From positions 1,073-65,072 of the forward strand of contig JAJDEW010000017.1 of NCBI GenBank assembly GCA_029259595.1: DNA of 64,000 bases, given 5' to 3'. The position numbers were made by a program, and so were the translations under genes. This document shows, in pieces, positions 55,145 through 64,000 of the stretch. The notes under the pieces were generated by a model. That model was not told where the DNA came from. It saw only the letters and a program-made list of their open reading frames with translations, and made no database searches. The stretch's first letter is position 1. Each line of letters starts with the position of its first letter. The DNA comes from Planctomycetota bacterium (GTDB taxonomy: Bacteria > Planctomycetota > UBA1135 > GCA-002686595).

Positions 55145-57172
55145 TCAGAGGTCTGCGGGCTCGAACGGCGTCGTGAAGCGCGCGTACAAGTCGAAGCCCT
55201 TGGTGTCGATCGCCAGCTGGAGCAGGACCCCCGACAGGATCTCCCAGGCCTGGATGCGGTTCTCGGACGCGCGGAGCAGATCGGGGACCTCGCGGCTCGC
55301 GAACTCCTGCTCGAAGCGCAGGGCCTCGGCGTCGTAGAGCCGCGCCAGGCGTTCCTCGACGTCGGGCGAGAGCCGACCCCACGTCTCGCCGGGAAAGTGC
55401 TCGGCGATGAGCTCCTTCTCGATGCGCGGACGCTCGACGTCCCAGTTGATCACGACGCTCTCGCCCGCGCTCTGGCGCGCTAGCTTGCGAAGCGTGTCCC
55501 CCACGGCGCGCGGGTTGGCCCAGATGGAGAGGTCGGTCGCCTGGAGCCCTGCGTTCACCTGGGCCAGGAAGGGCGAGTAGTCGGCCAGGTTCGCGTGGCG
55601 CGTCCCGTCGAGATCGAGGTAGGTCTGGTTCAGGTGCCCGAGCATCAGGTTGTGATTGCTGATCAGGAAGGCGTTGCGACGGTTGTAGCGCGCCCGCATC
55701 GTCGCGATGTGCCCCGTGCCATCGATCAGCTGGTTCCAGTACTCGTACCCGAAGGCCCCGCCGCCCATGTCCTTGTTCTCGTAGACGCCGGCCTCGCCCT
55801 GCTTGCGGCCGCGGACTCCGAAGGCATCGGAGCGACTCTGGATCTTCTTCTCGAGCGAATCGACGGCCTTCTCGTCCTGGATCCACAGGACGACCGCCCA
55901 GGTCAACGTCGCGCGATCGTTGTGCGGCGGCCCGAACTCGCCCTCGTCGGGATAGTCGTGATTGCGGACGACGATCGCGACCCGGTCCTGGAAGGCGGCG
56001 TCGATTTCGTCGATCAGAGGCTGAGCATCGGCGTAGCCCCACACTTCGCGCACCTGGTCGTCGATCAGCGAGCGCGTGTCCGCGTCCGTCGCCGCCAGCG
56101 CCTCGCGCAGGACGTCGCCCAGGCTCAGCCGCAGGAGCGCGAACAGCCCCGCGTCGGCCGGCGCGAGCCGTGCCACGTCCAGGACGTCGACCCGCTCGAC
56201 ACCGCGCGCGCGATACAGCCGCTTCTGGATCGTGTTCATCCCCTCCGAGGAAAGGATGCCGTTCAGCGAGAGGGTCATCCCGCGGCCGAAGGTGGCCGTG
56301 CCGATCAGCTCACGGATGAAGGCGAACTGGAAGAGGCGCGCCATCACGGCCGTACCGAGGGCCTCTGCGTTGGGATCGGGCAGGGCTCCCGTCCAGCCCA
56401 TCGCGACCGAGAGCTTCGTGTAGTCCACATAGAGCTCGAGCGCGCTGCCCTTGCGCTCCGACAGCGTCACGTTGTCGTGATACTTCGCACTCTGCCCGAA
56501 CGAGTTCTGTCCGCGCGCGGCTTCGAGCTCCAGCGCCTTCGCCACGAGCTCGCGCGTCGTCCCGATGACGACGACGTCGAAGACGCGAGTCACGAAGAGC
56601 GGCCGCGGGAGCTGCCCTCCTTCCAGCGCGACGATCCGATCGGTCTGGGTGGCCGTGATGCCCTGCGCGGGCAACCCGATCCAGTCCGGGTACTCGAGCA
56701 ACGACGTCCCCAGCTTGGCGATCCAATTGCCGCGGCCATACACGGCCCAGTCCGCGTCGCTCACCCGCCCGCCACGAAAGTAGCCCGCCACGGCCAGGTC
56801 GCGGCCTCCGAACACCCCGAGGGGCTCGGCCTCGATCGGCAGATTCGCGAAAACCGCGTCGAGCTCCGCCAGCGCCTCGGTCGCATCGAGGCGCTCGAGC
56901 AGTTCCGCGAAGCCCTCCTCGCGCTGGAGCGCCTGCCCTCCCGCGCTCGCCAGAAAGTCGTCCGCGAAGCGCGGCCGCGGCAGGGGGTCGAAATCGTCGA
57001 CCAGGCGGGCCTTCGAGACGTAGAAGTCCACGTCCCGGGGGATGAGGTTGGAAAGATCGCCTTCGTAGTCGGACTCGAGGGGGCTGAAGAGCAGCGTCGA
57101 GAACGTGAAGTAGCCCGTGAACAGGACCAGGACGAGGGCGATCAGCGAGATGCGCAGGAGTCGGCGTTTCAT
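55145..57172 (-). CDS. Hypothetical N-terminally membrane-anchored large protein (675 aa).
   Basis: ORF track gives 55145..57388. Plausible start is ATG 57172 (MKRRLLRISLIALVLVLFTGYF). No recognisable catalytic motif. Confidence 0.5.
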   Translation of the reverse strand: MKRRLLRISLIALVLVLFTGYFTFSTLLFSPLESDYEGDLSNLIPRDVDFYVSKARLVDDFDPLPRPRFADDFLASAGGQALQREEGFAELLERLDATEALAELDAVFANLPIEAEPLGVFGGRDLAVAGYFRGGRVSDADWAVYGRGNWIAKLGTSLLEYPDWIGLPAQGITATQTDRIVALEGGQLPRPLFVTRVFDVVVIGTTRELVAKALELEAARGQNSFGQSAKYHDNVTLSERKGSALELYVDYTKLSVAMGWTGALPDPNAEALGTAVMARLFQFAFIRELIGTATFGRGMTLSLNGILSSEGMNTIQKRLYRARGVERVDVLDVARLAPADAGLFALLRLSLGDVLREALAATDADTRSLIDDQVREVWGYADAQPLIDEIDAAFQDRVAIVVRNHDYPDEGEFGPPHNDRATLTWAVVLWIQDEKAVDSLEKKIQSRSDAFGVRGRKQGEAGVYENKDMGGGAFGYEYWNQLIDGTGHIATMRARYNRRNAFLISNHNLMLGHLNQTYLDLDGTRHANLADYSPFLAQVNAGLQATDLSIWANPRAVGDTLRKLARQSAGESVVINWDVERPRIEKELIAEHFPGETWGRLSPDVEERLARLYDAEALRFEQEFASREVPDLLRASENRIQAWEILSGVLLQLAIDTKGFDLYARFTTPFEPADL

Positions 57173-57399
57173 GGGCACGTTCGGTGCGAGGCGGCTCCCA
57201 AGGCTACGAAGTCGGGCCGGTCGAAGGTACCGGCCGGCCGGATCCCGCGGCTCGCGGTCCGGTCCGAGCGCGGACCCATCGACTGCGAACGACGACGGCG
57301 AAGGCGGGTTCTTCCCGCACGGATCCGGCCCTGGCCAAGTCGACACCCAGGCCAACGCTCCTGGCGCGGCGCTTGACGGCGCTCGCACGCGCGGATCCC

Positions 57400-58569
57400 A
57401 TGGCGCCCGCCATGAAGCTCTCCCCGACCGTCGCCGATCTCTCGCTGTCCGTCACCCTCGCGCTGGATGCGCGTGCGAAGGAACTCGCGCGCGAGCGGGA
57501 CGACATCGTGAACATGGCGGTGGGCGAGCCCGATTTTCCCGCGCCGGCAGCCTGCCTCGAAGCGGCGGAGCGGCGTCTGCGCTCGGGCCACGTGAAGTAC
57601 ACGCCGGCGGCCGGCACGCCCTCGCTGCGCGCCACGATCGCGCGTTACGTGACCGAAACGCGCGGGGTCCCTTACGAGGCGGCGGACATCGTCGTCTGTC
57701 ACAGCGCCAAGCACGCCCTCTCGGGAGCGATCCTCGCGCTGCTCGGTGCCGGCGACGAGATGTTGATCCCCCTGCCGGCCTGGGTCAGCTACTTCGAGAT
57801 GGTCAAGATCGCAGGTGCGACCCCGGTCCTCGTCCCGCCGCGCCCGGACTATCGTCCGGACCTCGAAGCCATCGAACGCGCGATCGGCCCCCGCACTCGC
57901 GCGCTCCTCCTGTGCTCGCCCTCGAACCCGTCGGGCTACGTCCTGGACGCGGACGAGCTGCGCGCGCTCACCGACCTCGCCCGGCGACACGACCTCTGGA
58001 TCCTCTCGGACGAAATCTACCGCCGCCTCGTGTACGAAGGCCCGCCTGCAGGGAGCCCGGTCGCCGCGGGAGCGGACCTGCGCGAGCGCGTCGCGATCGT
58101 GGACGGCGCCAGCAAATGCTTCGCGATGACCGGCTTTCGGATCGGGTTTCTGTGCGGTCCCCGCCCCTTGATCAGCGCGGTGACGAACCTCCACAGCCAG
58201 ATGACCGGCTCGCCCAACGCCGTGTCCCAGGACGCCTATGAAGCGGCCCTCGTCGAGGAGCCGCCCGAGGTCGCGACGATGGTCCGCGCCTTCGCCGAAC
58301 GGCGTGGCGTCCTGGTCGACGGGCTGCGCGCTCTCGGGCTCTCCCTGCCCGAACCCCGCGGCGCTTTCTACGCCTTTCCCGACGTCGGCGCTTACCTGGA
58401 CGAGCGGGGCTCGGTCGGCTTCTGTGCGGACCTGCTCGAGGACCGCGGACTCGCGCTGGTCCCCGGCGCCGCCTTCGGAATGGACCGCCACGTCCGACTG
58501 AGCTACGCGACGAGCCTGGCGAACATCCGCGAGGCACTCGCCCGCTTGGGCGAGTTCCTGAAGCGCTGA
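57400..58569 (+). CDS. Class I/II pyridoxal-phosphate aminotransferase (aspartate/aromatic/alpha-aminoadipate aminotransferase-like).
   Basis: ORF track gives 57184..58569. Likely start is ATG 57400 (MAPAMKLSPTV). NMAVGEPDF motif. The PLP-lysine region is SKCFAMTGFRIGF. Confidence 0.85.
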   Translation: MAPAMKLSPTVADLSLSVTLALDARAKELARERDDIVNMAVGEPDFPAPAACLEAAERRLRSGHVKYTPAAGTPSLRATIARYVTETRGVPYEAADIVVCHSAKHALSGAILALLGAGDEMLIPLPAWVSYFEMVKIAGATPVLVPPRPDYRPDLEAIERAIGPRTRALLLCSPSNPSGYVLDADELRALTDLARRHDLWILSDEIYRRLVYEGPPAGSPVAAGADLRERVAIVDGASKCFAMTGFRIGFLCGPRPLISAVTNLHSQMTGSPNAVSQDAYEAALVEEPPEVATMVRAFAERRGVLVDGLRALGLSLPEPRGAFYAFPDVGAYLDERGSVGFCADLLEDRGLALVPGAAFGMDRHVRLSYATSLANIREALARLGEFLKR

Positions 58570-58572
58570 GTC

Positions 58573-59679
58573 TCAGATCCAGCCGGCGCGCTCGAGGAAC
58601 CAGTAGAAGCCGAACACGGCCACGACGGCGGAACTCCCGAGCCGCAGGCGTAGCGGGACGAGCCCTTCGTCCGGGGTGCGGTCGCGCAAGAACAGCCGGA
58701 CGAGGCCGACGAGGGCCAGGACGATCGCGAGTTGCCCCAGCTCGACTCCGATGTTGAAGCCGGCCAAGGCCATGACGAGCAGCGGCTCGCCCGCCAGGGC
58801 ATCCGCCAAGAAGCCCGCGAAACCGAGCCCGTGCAAGAGCCCGAAGCCGAAGGCCTCGAGCCATGGGTCATGGGGCTTTCTGTGTAGCAGGTTGTCACAG
58901 GCCACGTAAGCGATCGACAGCGCGATCGCCAGCTCGACGAAACGGCCGGGAACCTGGACGACCCCCGTCGCGGCGAGGCCCAACGTGACCGAGTGCGAGA
59001 CCGTGAAGGCCGTCACGATCCAGAGGATCGAACGCATCCTGCGGGCCGCGACGAAGAGCGCGACCAGAAAGAGGATGTGATCGTAGCCCGAGAGGATGTG
59101 ATCGATCCCGAGGCGCAGGAACGCGAAGAAGACGCCCGGTCGGCGTTCGCCGGCCGACTGGAATTCGTGCGCCTGCCGACCGTCCCCGAGCAGCACCTCG
59201 ACGGCCGGCTCCCCCTCCCAGTTCACGTGGACGAAGTCCTTGTGTTCGGGATTGGAGTCGAGGAAAAGGTACGACTCGAAGCGCAGTGCTTCGAGCGGAG
59301 CTTCGAGGCCGAAGACCAGCTCGGCCTCGAGCCAGCGATACCCGGTCGGCAAGCTCTCGCTGCCCTCGATGAAGTCCAGCCCGAGGAAGCGAGCGGGCAG
59401 GCTCTCGGCCCCGGGCGCGGCGTCCGGGGGGAGCAGCCGGTAACTCTTCTCGAGGTAGGGCCCGAAGAGCTCGCGCCCGCGCTCGAGCTCGGCCTCATCG
59501 AGTTCGCCGTCGAGGTCGGCGTCGACGGGCATCGTCTCCATCCAGGTCAGGGCCTGGAAGCGCACCTCGAGTCGGATCTCGTGGGGGCGGACGACGACGC
59601 TCGTCCGACTCAGCGAGTTCGGATGGGGGTCGGCTGCCCAGGCCAACAGGCCCAGGAGGAGAGGTAGGAGGCTCGGCAC
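58573..59679 (-). CDS. HupE/UreJ_2-family membrane protein (putative Ni/Co uptake) with an N-terminal periplasmic domain.
   Basis: C-terminal 6-TM domain with GIDHILSGYDHILFLVALF, TVSHSVTLG and FGLLHGLGFAG. The start is uncertain. The ORF-track start 59814 overlaps the lysW-like gene; GTG ~59679 is possible. Confidence 0.5.
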   Translation of the reverse strand: MPSLLPLLLGLLAWAADPHPNSLSRTSVVVRPHEIRLEVRFQALTWMETMPVDADLDGELDEAELERGRELFGPYLEKSYRLLPPDAAPGAESLPARFLGLDFIEGSESLPTGYRWLEAELVFGLEAPLEALRFESYLFLDSNPEHKDFVHVNWEGEPAVEVLLGDGRQAHEFQSAGERRPGVFFAFLRLGIDHILSGYDHILFLVALFVAARRMRSILWIVTAFTVSHSVTLGLAATGVVQVPGRFVELAIALSIAYVACDNLLHRKPHDPWLEAFGFGLLHGLGFAGFLADALAGEPLLVMALAGFNIGVELGQLAIVLALVGLVRLFLRDRTPDEGLVPLRLRLGSSAVVAVFGFYWFLERAGWI

Positions 59680-59705
59680 GGGGCCAGAGCTTATCCGCTC
59701 AGGCG

Positions 59706-59918
59706 CTACTCGAGATCGCCGTAGGCCTCCTCTTCGTCCTCGACGCGTGCGCGCGGGGCGAGGACCAGGGGATCGAGCTCGGTGACTTCGAGCTGAGCCC
59801 CACAGCGCTCGCAATGGAGCACCTCACCCACGAGCAACCGAGCCTCGAGCTCGAGACCCTGCCCACACTTCAGACACTCGGCTCGAACGCCCGGAACACG
59901 GTTCGTCGTGGAATTCAC
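59706..59918 (-). CDS. lysW: LysW-like amino-group carrier protein (zinc ribbon with an acidic C-terminus ending in Glu).
   Basis: CLKCGQGLELEARLLVGEVLHCERCGAQLEVTELDPLVLAPRARVEDEEEAYGDLE is collinear with Thermus LysW (CPECGAELRL...[29 protein letters not shown]..EDWGE). Probable GTG start at about 59918, which has an AAGGGG box upstream. Confidence 0.6.
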   Translation of the reverse strand: MNSTTNRVPGVRAECLKCGQGLELEARLLVGEVLHCERCGAQLEVTELDPLVLAPRARVEDEEEAYGDLE

Positions 59919-60103
59919 GGATACCCCTTCTCCAAAGACCTGTCTCTCCCAAGACCTGGTGTCGCCACGGTCGCCGCAAACGGCCGTGGCGGTCGGGTCG
60001 AATCTAGGCTCTGTACGAATCCGACCCAAGGGTGTGCCGTGCTCGAAGGAAAGAGTCGCTCCAGAACGGACGGTATCCCCGCCTCTGGGACTCGATCCGG
60101 ATC

Positions 60104-61543
60104 CTACGAACCCGCGAAATCGGCTCGATACACGTTGGTTGCCCCGGGAAATTCCTCGATGGCGAGCTCTTGGACGCGCTGCGCCACGAGAGGATCCGCG
60201 GCATCGACGAAAATGTAGAACTTCCACAAATTGCGGTAGGAGCGCTCGAGATCGGCCAGCCGAGGCACGCGCTCGGCGACTTCGGACAGCGGCCGGACGA
60301 CGTCCGACCCGGGCCAGCGCACGTGGGTCTGGGCCTCCTTCAACTGCATCCGTGCCGCGGGGCAGTAGAAGAGGACCTCGACGTCGCGGCCGGTCGAAAA
60401 CCGGACCAGGTCGCGCAGACGCTCCTCGGCCGCCACGCGCTCCTCGTGCCGACCGGGGGTGAAGAAGCGCTCGACGAGTTCCTCCTGCACCTCCTCGTTC
60501 TCGTAGCGTGGAAAGACGCAGGCGCGCTTCAGGAGACGGCGTTCCCGGAAGCGGTGGACGAGCGCCTTGATGCGCTCGCGAACCTCGGCCGGGGCGCGCC
60601 CGGGATCCTCGACCCGACGCTCGAGCAAGGCCAGCAGCGACTCGTCCGTACAGGGGTAGCAGTCGGCCTCGACGATCAGGTCGTGGCGCACCGCCAAGTC
60701 CACGGCCCGGGCGACGAGGGCACCGGCGGCCACCTTGGCGTGGTGGTAGTAGACCCGTTCCGAGAAGTAGTAGCGCGCCTCGAGCAAGCGCACGATCTCG
60801 CTGAGGATGTCCTCCCGCAGAAGCTCCCGCTTGGCGACGTCGATGTACAGGTTTCCGGACTGCCGATCCACCCGGAAGTAGTTCGTGACCCGCGGATCGA
60901 CGCCGAGGCGCAGGCCCGTGAAGTAGGCATCACGTTGGAGGTAGTCCAGGATGTCCGCCGAGATCGTGTCGGAGGTGATCTGGTGCCAATAGGGCGGCAC
61001 GTCCGAAGCGGCGCCCTCGGTGCTGCCGAGCAGCGTGTTCAGAACGTCCTTGGTCAGCCCCAGGTCCGCGAGAACCCCGCCCACGCCGGTCGAGCTCGAG
61101 AACATGAGCTCGAAGCGATAGGCCGAATCGTGGCGGTGAAAGAGACCGGTCTGGTCCTCGATGTTGTGCCCGAAGGGAATGTGCGTGATGTCGTGGACCA
61201 GCGAGGCCATGCGAATGACGCGCGCTTCGGCCTCCCCGATCGAGAGGCACCCGCGCGGGTCCAGCTCGAAGTTCATGTTGATCGCCTCGATCATGCGCTG
61301 CGTCATCTGCAGCGTTCCGATCGAGTGATCGAAGCGCGTGTGCACGGCTCCCGGATAGGCCAAGAAGGCCGTCCCGAGTTGCTTGATACCGCGCAGTCGC
61401 TGCATCTCCGGGGTATCGAGAACCCGGATCTCCTCGTGGCTGAGATACACGTCTCCGTGGACCGGATCGCGAATCACACTGAATCGATTGCGGCGTGACA
61501 CGGCGGGAGTGTAGCGTCCGCGCGTGCCCGCGCCGCCGCTCAC
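60104..61543 (-). CDS. HD-domain dNTP triphosphohydrolase-like protein (dGTPase/SAMHD1-like).
   Basis: RFDHSIGTLQM and LVHDITHIPFGH HD motifs. The start may be an internal GTG (VSRRNRFSVIRDPVHGD), because the ORF-track start overlaps the divergent GH20 gene. Confidence 0.7.
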   Translation of the reverse strand: MSGGAGTRGRYTPAVSRRNRFSVIRDPVHGDVYLSHEEIRVLDTPEMQRLRGIKQLGTAFLAYPGAVHTRFDHSIGTLQMTQRMIEAINMNFELDPRGCLSIGEAEARVIRMASLVHDITHIPFGHNIEDQTGLFHRHDSAYRFELMFSSSTGVGGVLADLGLTKDVLNTLLGSTEGAASDVPPYWHQITSDTISADILDYLQRDAYFTGLRLGVDPRVTNYFRVDRQSGNLYIDVAKRELLREDILSEIVRLLEARYYFSERVYYHHAKVAAGALVARAVDLAVRHDLIVEADCYPCTDESLLALLERRVEDPGRAPAEVRERIKALVHRFRERRLLKRACVFPRYENEEVQEELVERFFTPGRHEERVAAEERLRDLVRFSTGRDVEVLFYCPAARMQLKEAQTHVRWPGSDVVRPLSEVAERVPRLADLERSYRNLWKFYIFVDAADPLVAQRVQELAIEEFPGATNVYRADFAGS

Positions 61544-63383
61544 CTGTCCTGCACCGAAGGAGGCTCGTCGCGACGGAGGCGAACTGACTCTGGATCGCGG
61601 CTTGTGCCTCGCGGGGCGCGCGGCTCTGGCCCCCGCACTCGTGGCCGCCTGGGACCGGATCGCGGACCGCCAGGACCTGGGCGCACCGGCGAAGGACGCT
61701 CCCGCGCTGCGTGTGAAGCGCGCGCCGCGAACGGGAGCCGGCCAGGGGACGGACGAGAGCTACTCGCTCGCCCTGCGCTCCGACGGCGTCGTTATCGAAG
61801 CCGGAACGGACGCCGGGGTCTTCTACGCGCTCCAGACCCTGGACCAGTGGCTGACGGAATGCGCAGGCGGCGCCGTCCCGACCGGACATGTTCGGGACGC
61901 CCCGGACTTCGAGCGGCGCGGGGTGATGTTGGACGTCAGTCGCAGCCGCGTCCCGCGGATGGACCTGCTCTTCGAACTCGTCGAGCTGTTCTCCTCGCTC
62001 AAGTTCAACGAGCTGCAACTCTACACCGAGCACACGTTCGCCTACTCGCAACACGCCGAGGTCTGGCGCGAGTCCGATCCGTTCACGCCCGAAGAGATCC
62101 GCGCGCTGGATCGCTTCTGCGCCGAACGCTTCATCGAGCTCGTCCCGAACCAACAGAGCTTCGGCCACATGCACCATTGGCTGAAGCGACCGCGCTACCG
62201 CCCGCTGGCCGAATGCCCGGAAGGCGTCGTTCATCCCTTCGCCTTCGAACCGGAGCCCTTCAGCCTGTGTCCCGGCGATCCGCGCGTGCTCACTCTGCTC
62301 GAGGAGCTCTACGACGAACTCTTCCCGTGCTTTGCGAGCACGCGCTTCAACGCGGGCTGCGACGAGACCTTCGACCTGGGTCAGGGGCGCTCGCGCGCGC
62401 GTTGCGAGGAATTCGGAACAGGCCGCGTGTACCTCGACTTCCTGCTCGAACTGCGCGAGCGGGTCGTCGCGCGCGGCCACCGCATGCAGTTCTGGGCGGA
62501 CATCTTGCTGCACCATCCCGAGCTCGTCCCCGAGCTCCCCGATGACGTCGAGCCCCTCATCTGGGGTTACGAGGCGGACCACCCCTTCGAGCTCGAAGCG
62601 CAGCGCGTCGGACGCTCGGGCCTCGCCTTCGGCGTCTGCCCCGGCACGAGCACGTGGCAGAGCTTCGGCGGTCGCACGGCCAACGCCGAAGCGAACCTCA
62701 TCGCCGCCGCGCGCGCCGGCCAGGCGCACGGCGCGAGCGCCTACCTCGTGACCGATTGGGGCGACCGCGGGCACCTCCAACCCCTCGTGGCGAGCTACGC
62801 GCCCTGGTGCCGCGCGGCCGGACTGGCCTGGAACGCGACGGACTCCTGGACGCGCGCCCAGTGGGCCGCGCGGATCGAGCGCTTCGTCGTCCGCGACGAA
62901 GGCCACGCCGCCGGAGAGCTGCTCCTGTCCCTCGGCGAGATCGGCGAAGCCACCGGCCTGCGCACGCCCAACGCGTCGCCGCTCTCGTTGCTCTTGACCC
63001 GCTACGACCAGGCGCTCGACACGGGGCCGCTGGCCGCCCTGCGTCCGGCCGGCCTGACTTCTGCCCTCGAACGGGTCGAAAGCGTACGCGGCCAGCTCGG
63101 CGCGGTCCGGATCCGTGGCTCGCGCGGCGACCTCTTCACGGCGGAGGTCGAACACGCGCTCGGGCTGTGTGCGAGCGCGGCTCGGCTGGGACGAGCCAGG
63201 CTGGCCGCCGGCCCACGGACCCCCCTGGGCGAACTTCCTGGCGCGCAGCGACACCTCCTCGCCGCCGAGCTCCGGGCGGCCCTGGAGCGCCACGAGGCCC
63301 TCTGGCCTCGACGCTCGCGCCCAGGTGAGCTGGCTCGTTCCCGACCTTTCTTGACGCGACCGTTGGCGGCCCTCGAGGCCTAA
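61524..63383 (+). CDS. Glycoside hydrolase family 20 beta-N-acetylhexosaminidase.
   Basis: GH20 catalytic (beta/alpha)8 motifs RRGVMLDVSR, ELQLYTEHTF, FNAGCDETFDLG, and an N-terminal domain-2-like region. GTG start. Confidence 0.75.
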   Translation: MPAPPLTCPAPKEARRDGGELTLDRGLCLAGRAALAPALVAAWDRIADRQDLGAPAKDAPALRVKRAPRTGAGQGTDESYSLALRSDGVVIEAGTDAGVFYALQTLDQWLTECAGGAVPTGHVRDAPDFERRGVMLDVSRSRVPRMDLLFELVELFSSLKFNELQLYTEHTFAYSQHAEVWRESDPFTPEEIRALDRFCAERFIELVPNQQSFGHMHHWLKRPRYRPLAECPEGVVHPFAFEPEPFSLCPGDPRVLTLLEELYDELFPCFASTRFNAGCDETFDLGQGRSRARCEEFGTGRVYLDFLLELRERVVARGHRMQFWADILLHHPELVPELPDDVEPLIWGYEADHPFELEAQRVGRSGLAFGVCPGTSTWQSFGGRTANAEANLIAAARAGQAHGASAYLVTDWGDRGHLQPLVASYAPWCRAAGLAWNATDSWTRAQWAARIERFVVRDEGHAAGELLLSLGEIGEATGLRTPNASPLSLLLTRYDQALDTGPLAALRPAGLTSALERVESVRGQLGAVRIRGSRGDLFTAEVEHALGLCASAARLGRARLAAGPRTPLGELPGAQRHLLAAELRAALERHEALWPRRSRPGELARSRPFLTRPLAALEA

Positions 63384-63502
63384 CTCCTTACACTCCAAGA
63401 ACTTCGACTCTACGGCCGGGAGTCGACCTAGGCCCGGGGCGAATCCGGAGGCAACAATCGGCCCTGGCAGTCGTAATAGGGGCATCCGGCAGGGTCCCTC
63501 GT

Positions 63503-63999
63503 ATGTTGCAGTCACGCTTCCCCGTACTTTTCAGCGCCCTCCTCGCGGCCGCGACGCTTGGCGTCGCCTGGCTCGCGGGACCCTCGGGGCGCGAGCTCGC
63601 GCCGCTCGGCCCGCTCGAGCCCGCGGACGCCCTCGGGGACGAAGCCGGACCGGCCACGACGATCTACGGCCTGTTCCCGCAGCGCGAGGTCCGGGCCCAC
63701 GAACGAGCGCTGGTCCCGGGTGAGTCGCCCTCCGGCAGCCAAGCCCCGCGCGCGACCGCCGAGGAGCCCGGCCTGGCTCCCCCCGCCGTGGTCACCAACG
63801 ACGAAGCCGTCGAGCTCCTGCGCAAGGATGGGGTGCGGGTCTTGGACGCGGAGACGAGTCGCCGCCTGCTCCACAGCCTGCTGCAGCCCGATCCCTGCGA
63901 GAGCCAAGGTGGCCGCTCGGCCCCGGAGCTCCTGGACGATCTGCTCGAGGTCGAAGGCAAGGTCGACCTCTGGCGCATCCGGCAGGAATCGGAAGCTCG
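63503..63999 (+). CDS. Partial CDS (5' end only; runs off the window), a secreted hypothetical protein.
   Basis: ATG 63503 with signal peptide MLQSRFPVLFSALLAAATLGVAWLAG. The frame is open to the window end. It is not in the ORF track because it has no stop. The minus-strand ORFs called here are Arg-rich artefacts. Confidence 0.45.
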   Translation, partial: MLQSRFPVLFSALLAAATLGVAWLAGPSGRELAPLGPLEPADALGDEAGPATTIYGLFPQREVRAHERALVPGESPSGSQAPRATAEEPGLAPPAVVTNDEAVELLRKDGVRVLDAETSRRLLHSLLQPDPCESQGGRSAPELLDDLLEVEGKVDLWRIRQESEA

Positions 64000-64000
64000 C

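Overview
High-GC (~70%) bacterial chromosomal segment. Gene content is consistent with a myxobacterium-like deltaproteobacterium: a MYXO-CTERM-like sorting tail, a MORN-repeat lipoprotein, a TIG-domain metalloprotease and a class I HMG-CoA reductase. This placement is an inference and is not certain. I can support about 52 protein-coding genes, one type II tRNA and no rRNA, CRISPR array or recognisable transposase. Coding density is high, and the many long Arg/Pro-rich ORFs on the strand opposite real genes are GC artefacts. Recognisable genes include: an error-prone DnaE2-type Pol III alpha, PTS enzyme I, Tex, a stand-alone EF-G, an HMG-CoA reductase operon, M14 and M10 secreted peptidases, an acyl-CoA synthetase, the rimK triad, hemB, flotillin with NfeD, DedA, an H+-pyrophosphatase, RsfS, a TIR-like protein, a PPi-dependent phosphofructokinase, an aminotransferase, a LysW-like carrier protein, an HD dNTPase-like protein, a GH20 hexosaminidase, and a Rieske / split cytochrome b / octaheme cytochrome c / cupredoxin operon. 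The most unusual signal is a family of four ~165-bp repeat elements, not described as far as I can tell. They are all in the same orientation, flanked by CTAG, and each copy's two ends are complementary to each other. They sit only in intergenic gaps at 12844-13010, 17743-17905 and a head-to-tail pair at 24427-24757. Their terminal CTAG supplies the TAG stop codon of at least two adjacent genes. Coordinates I derived by hand may be off by 1-3 nt.
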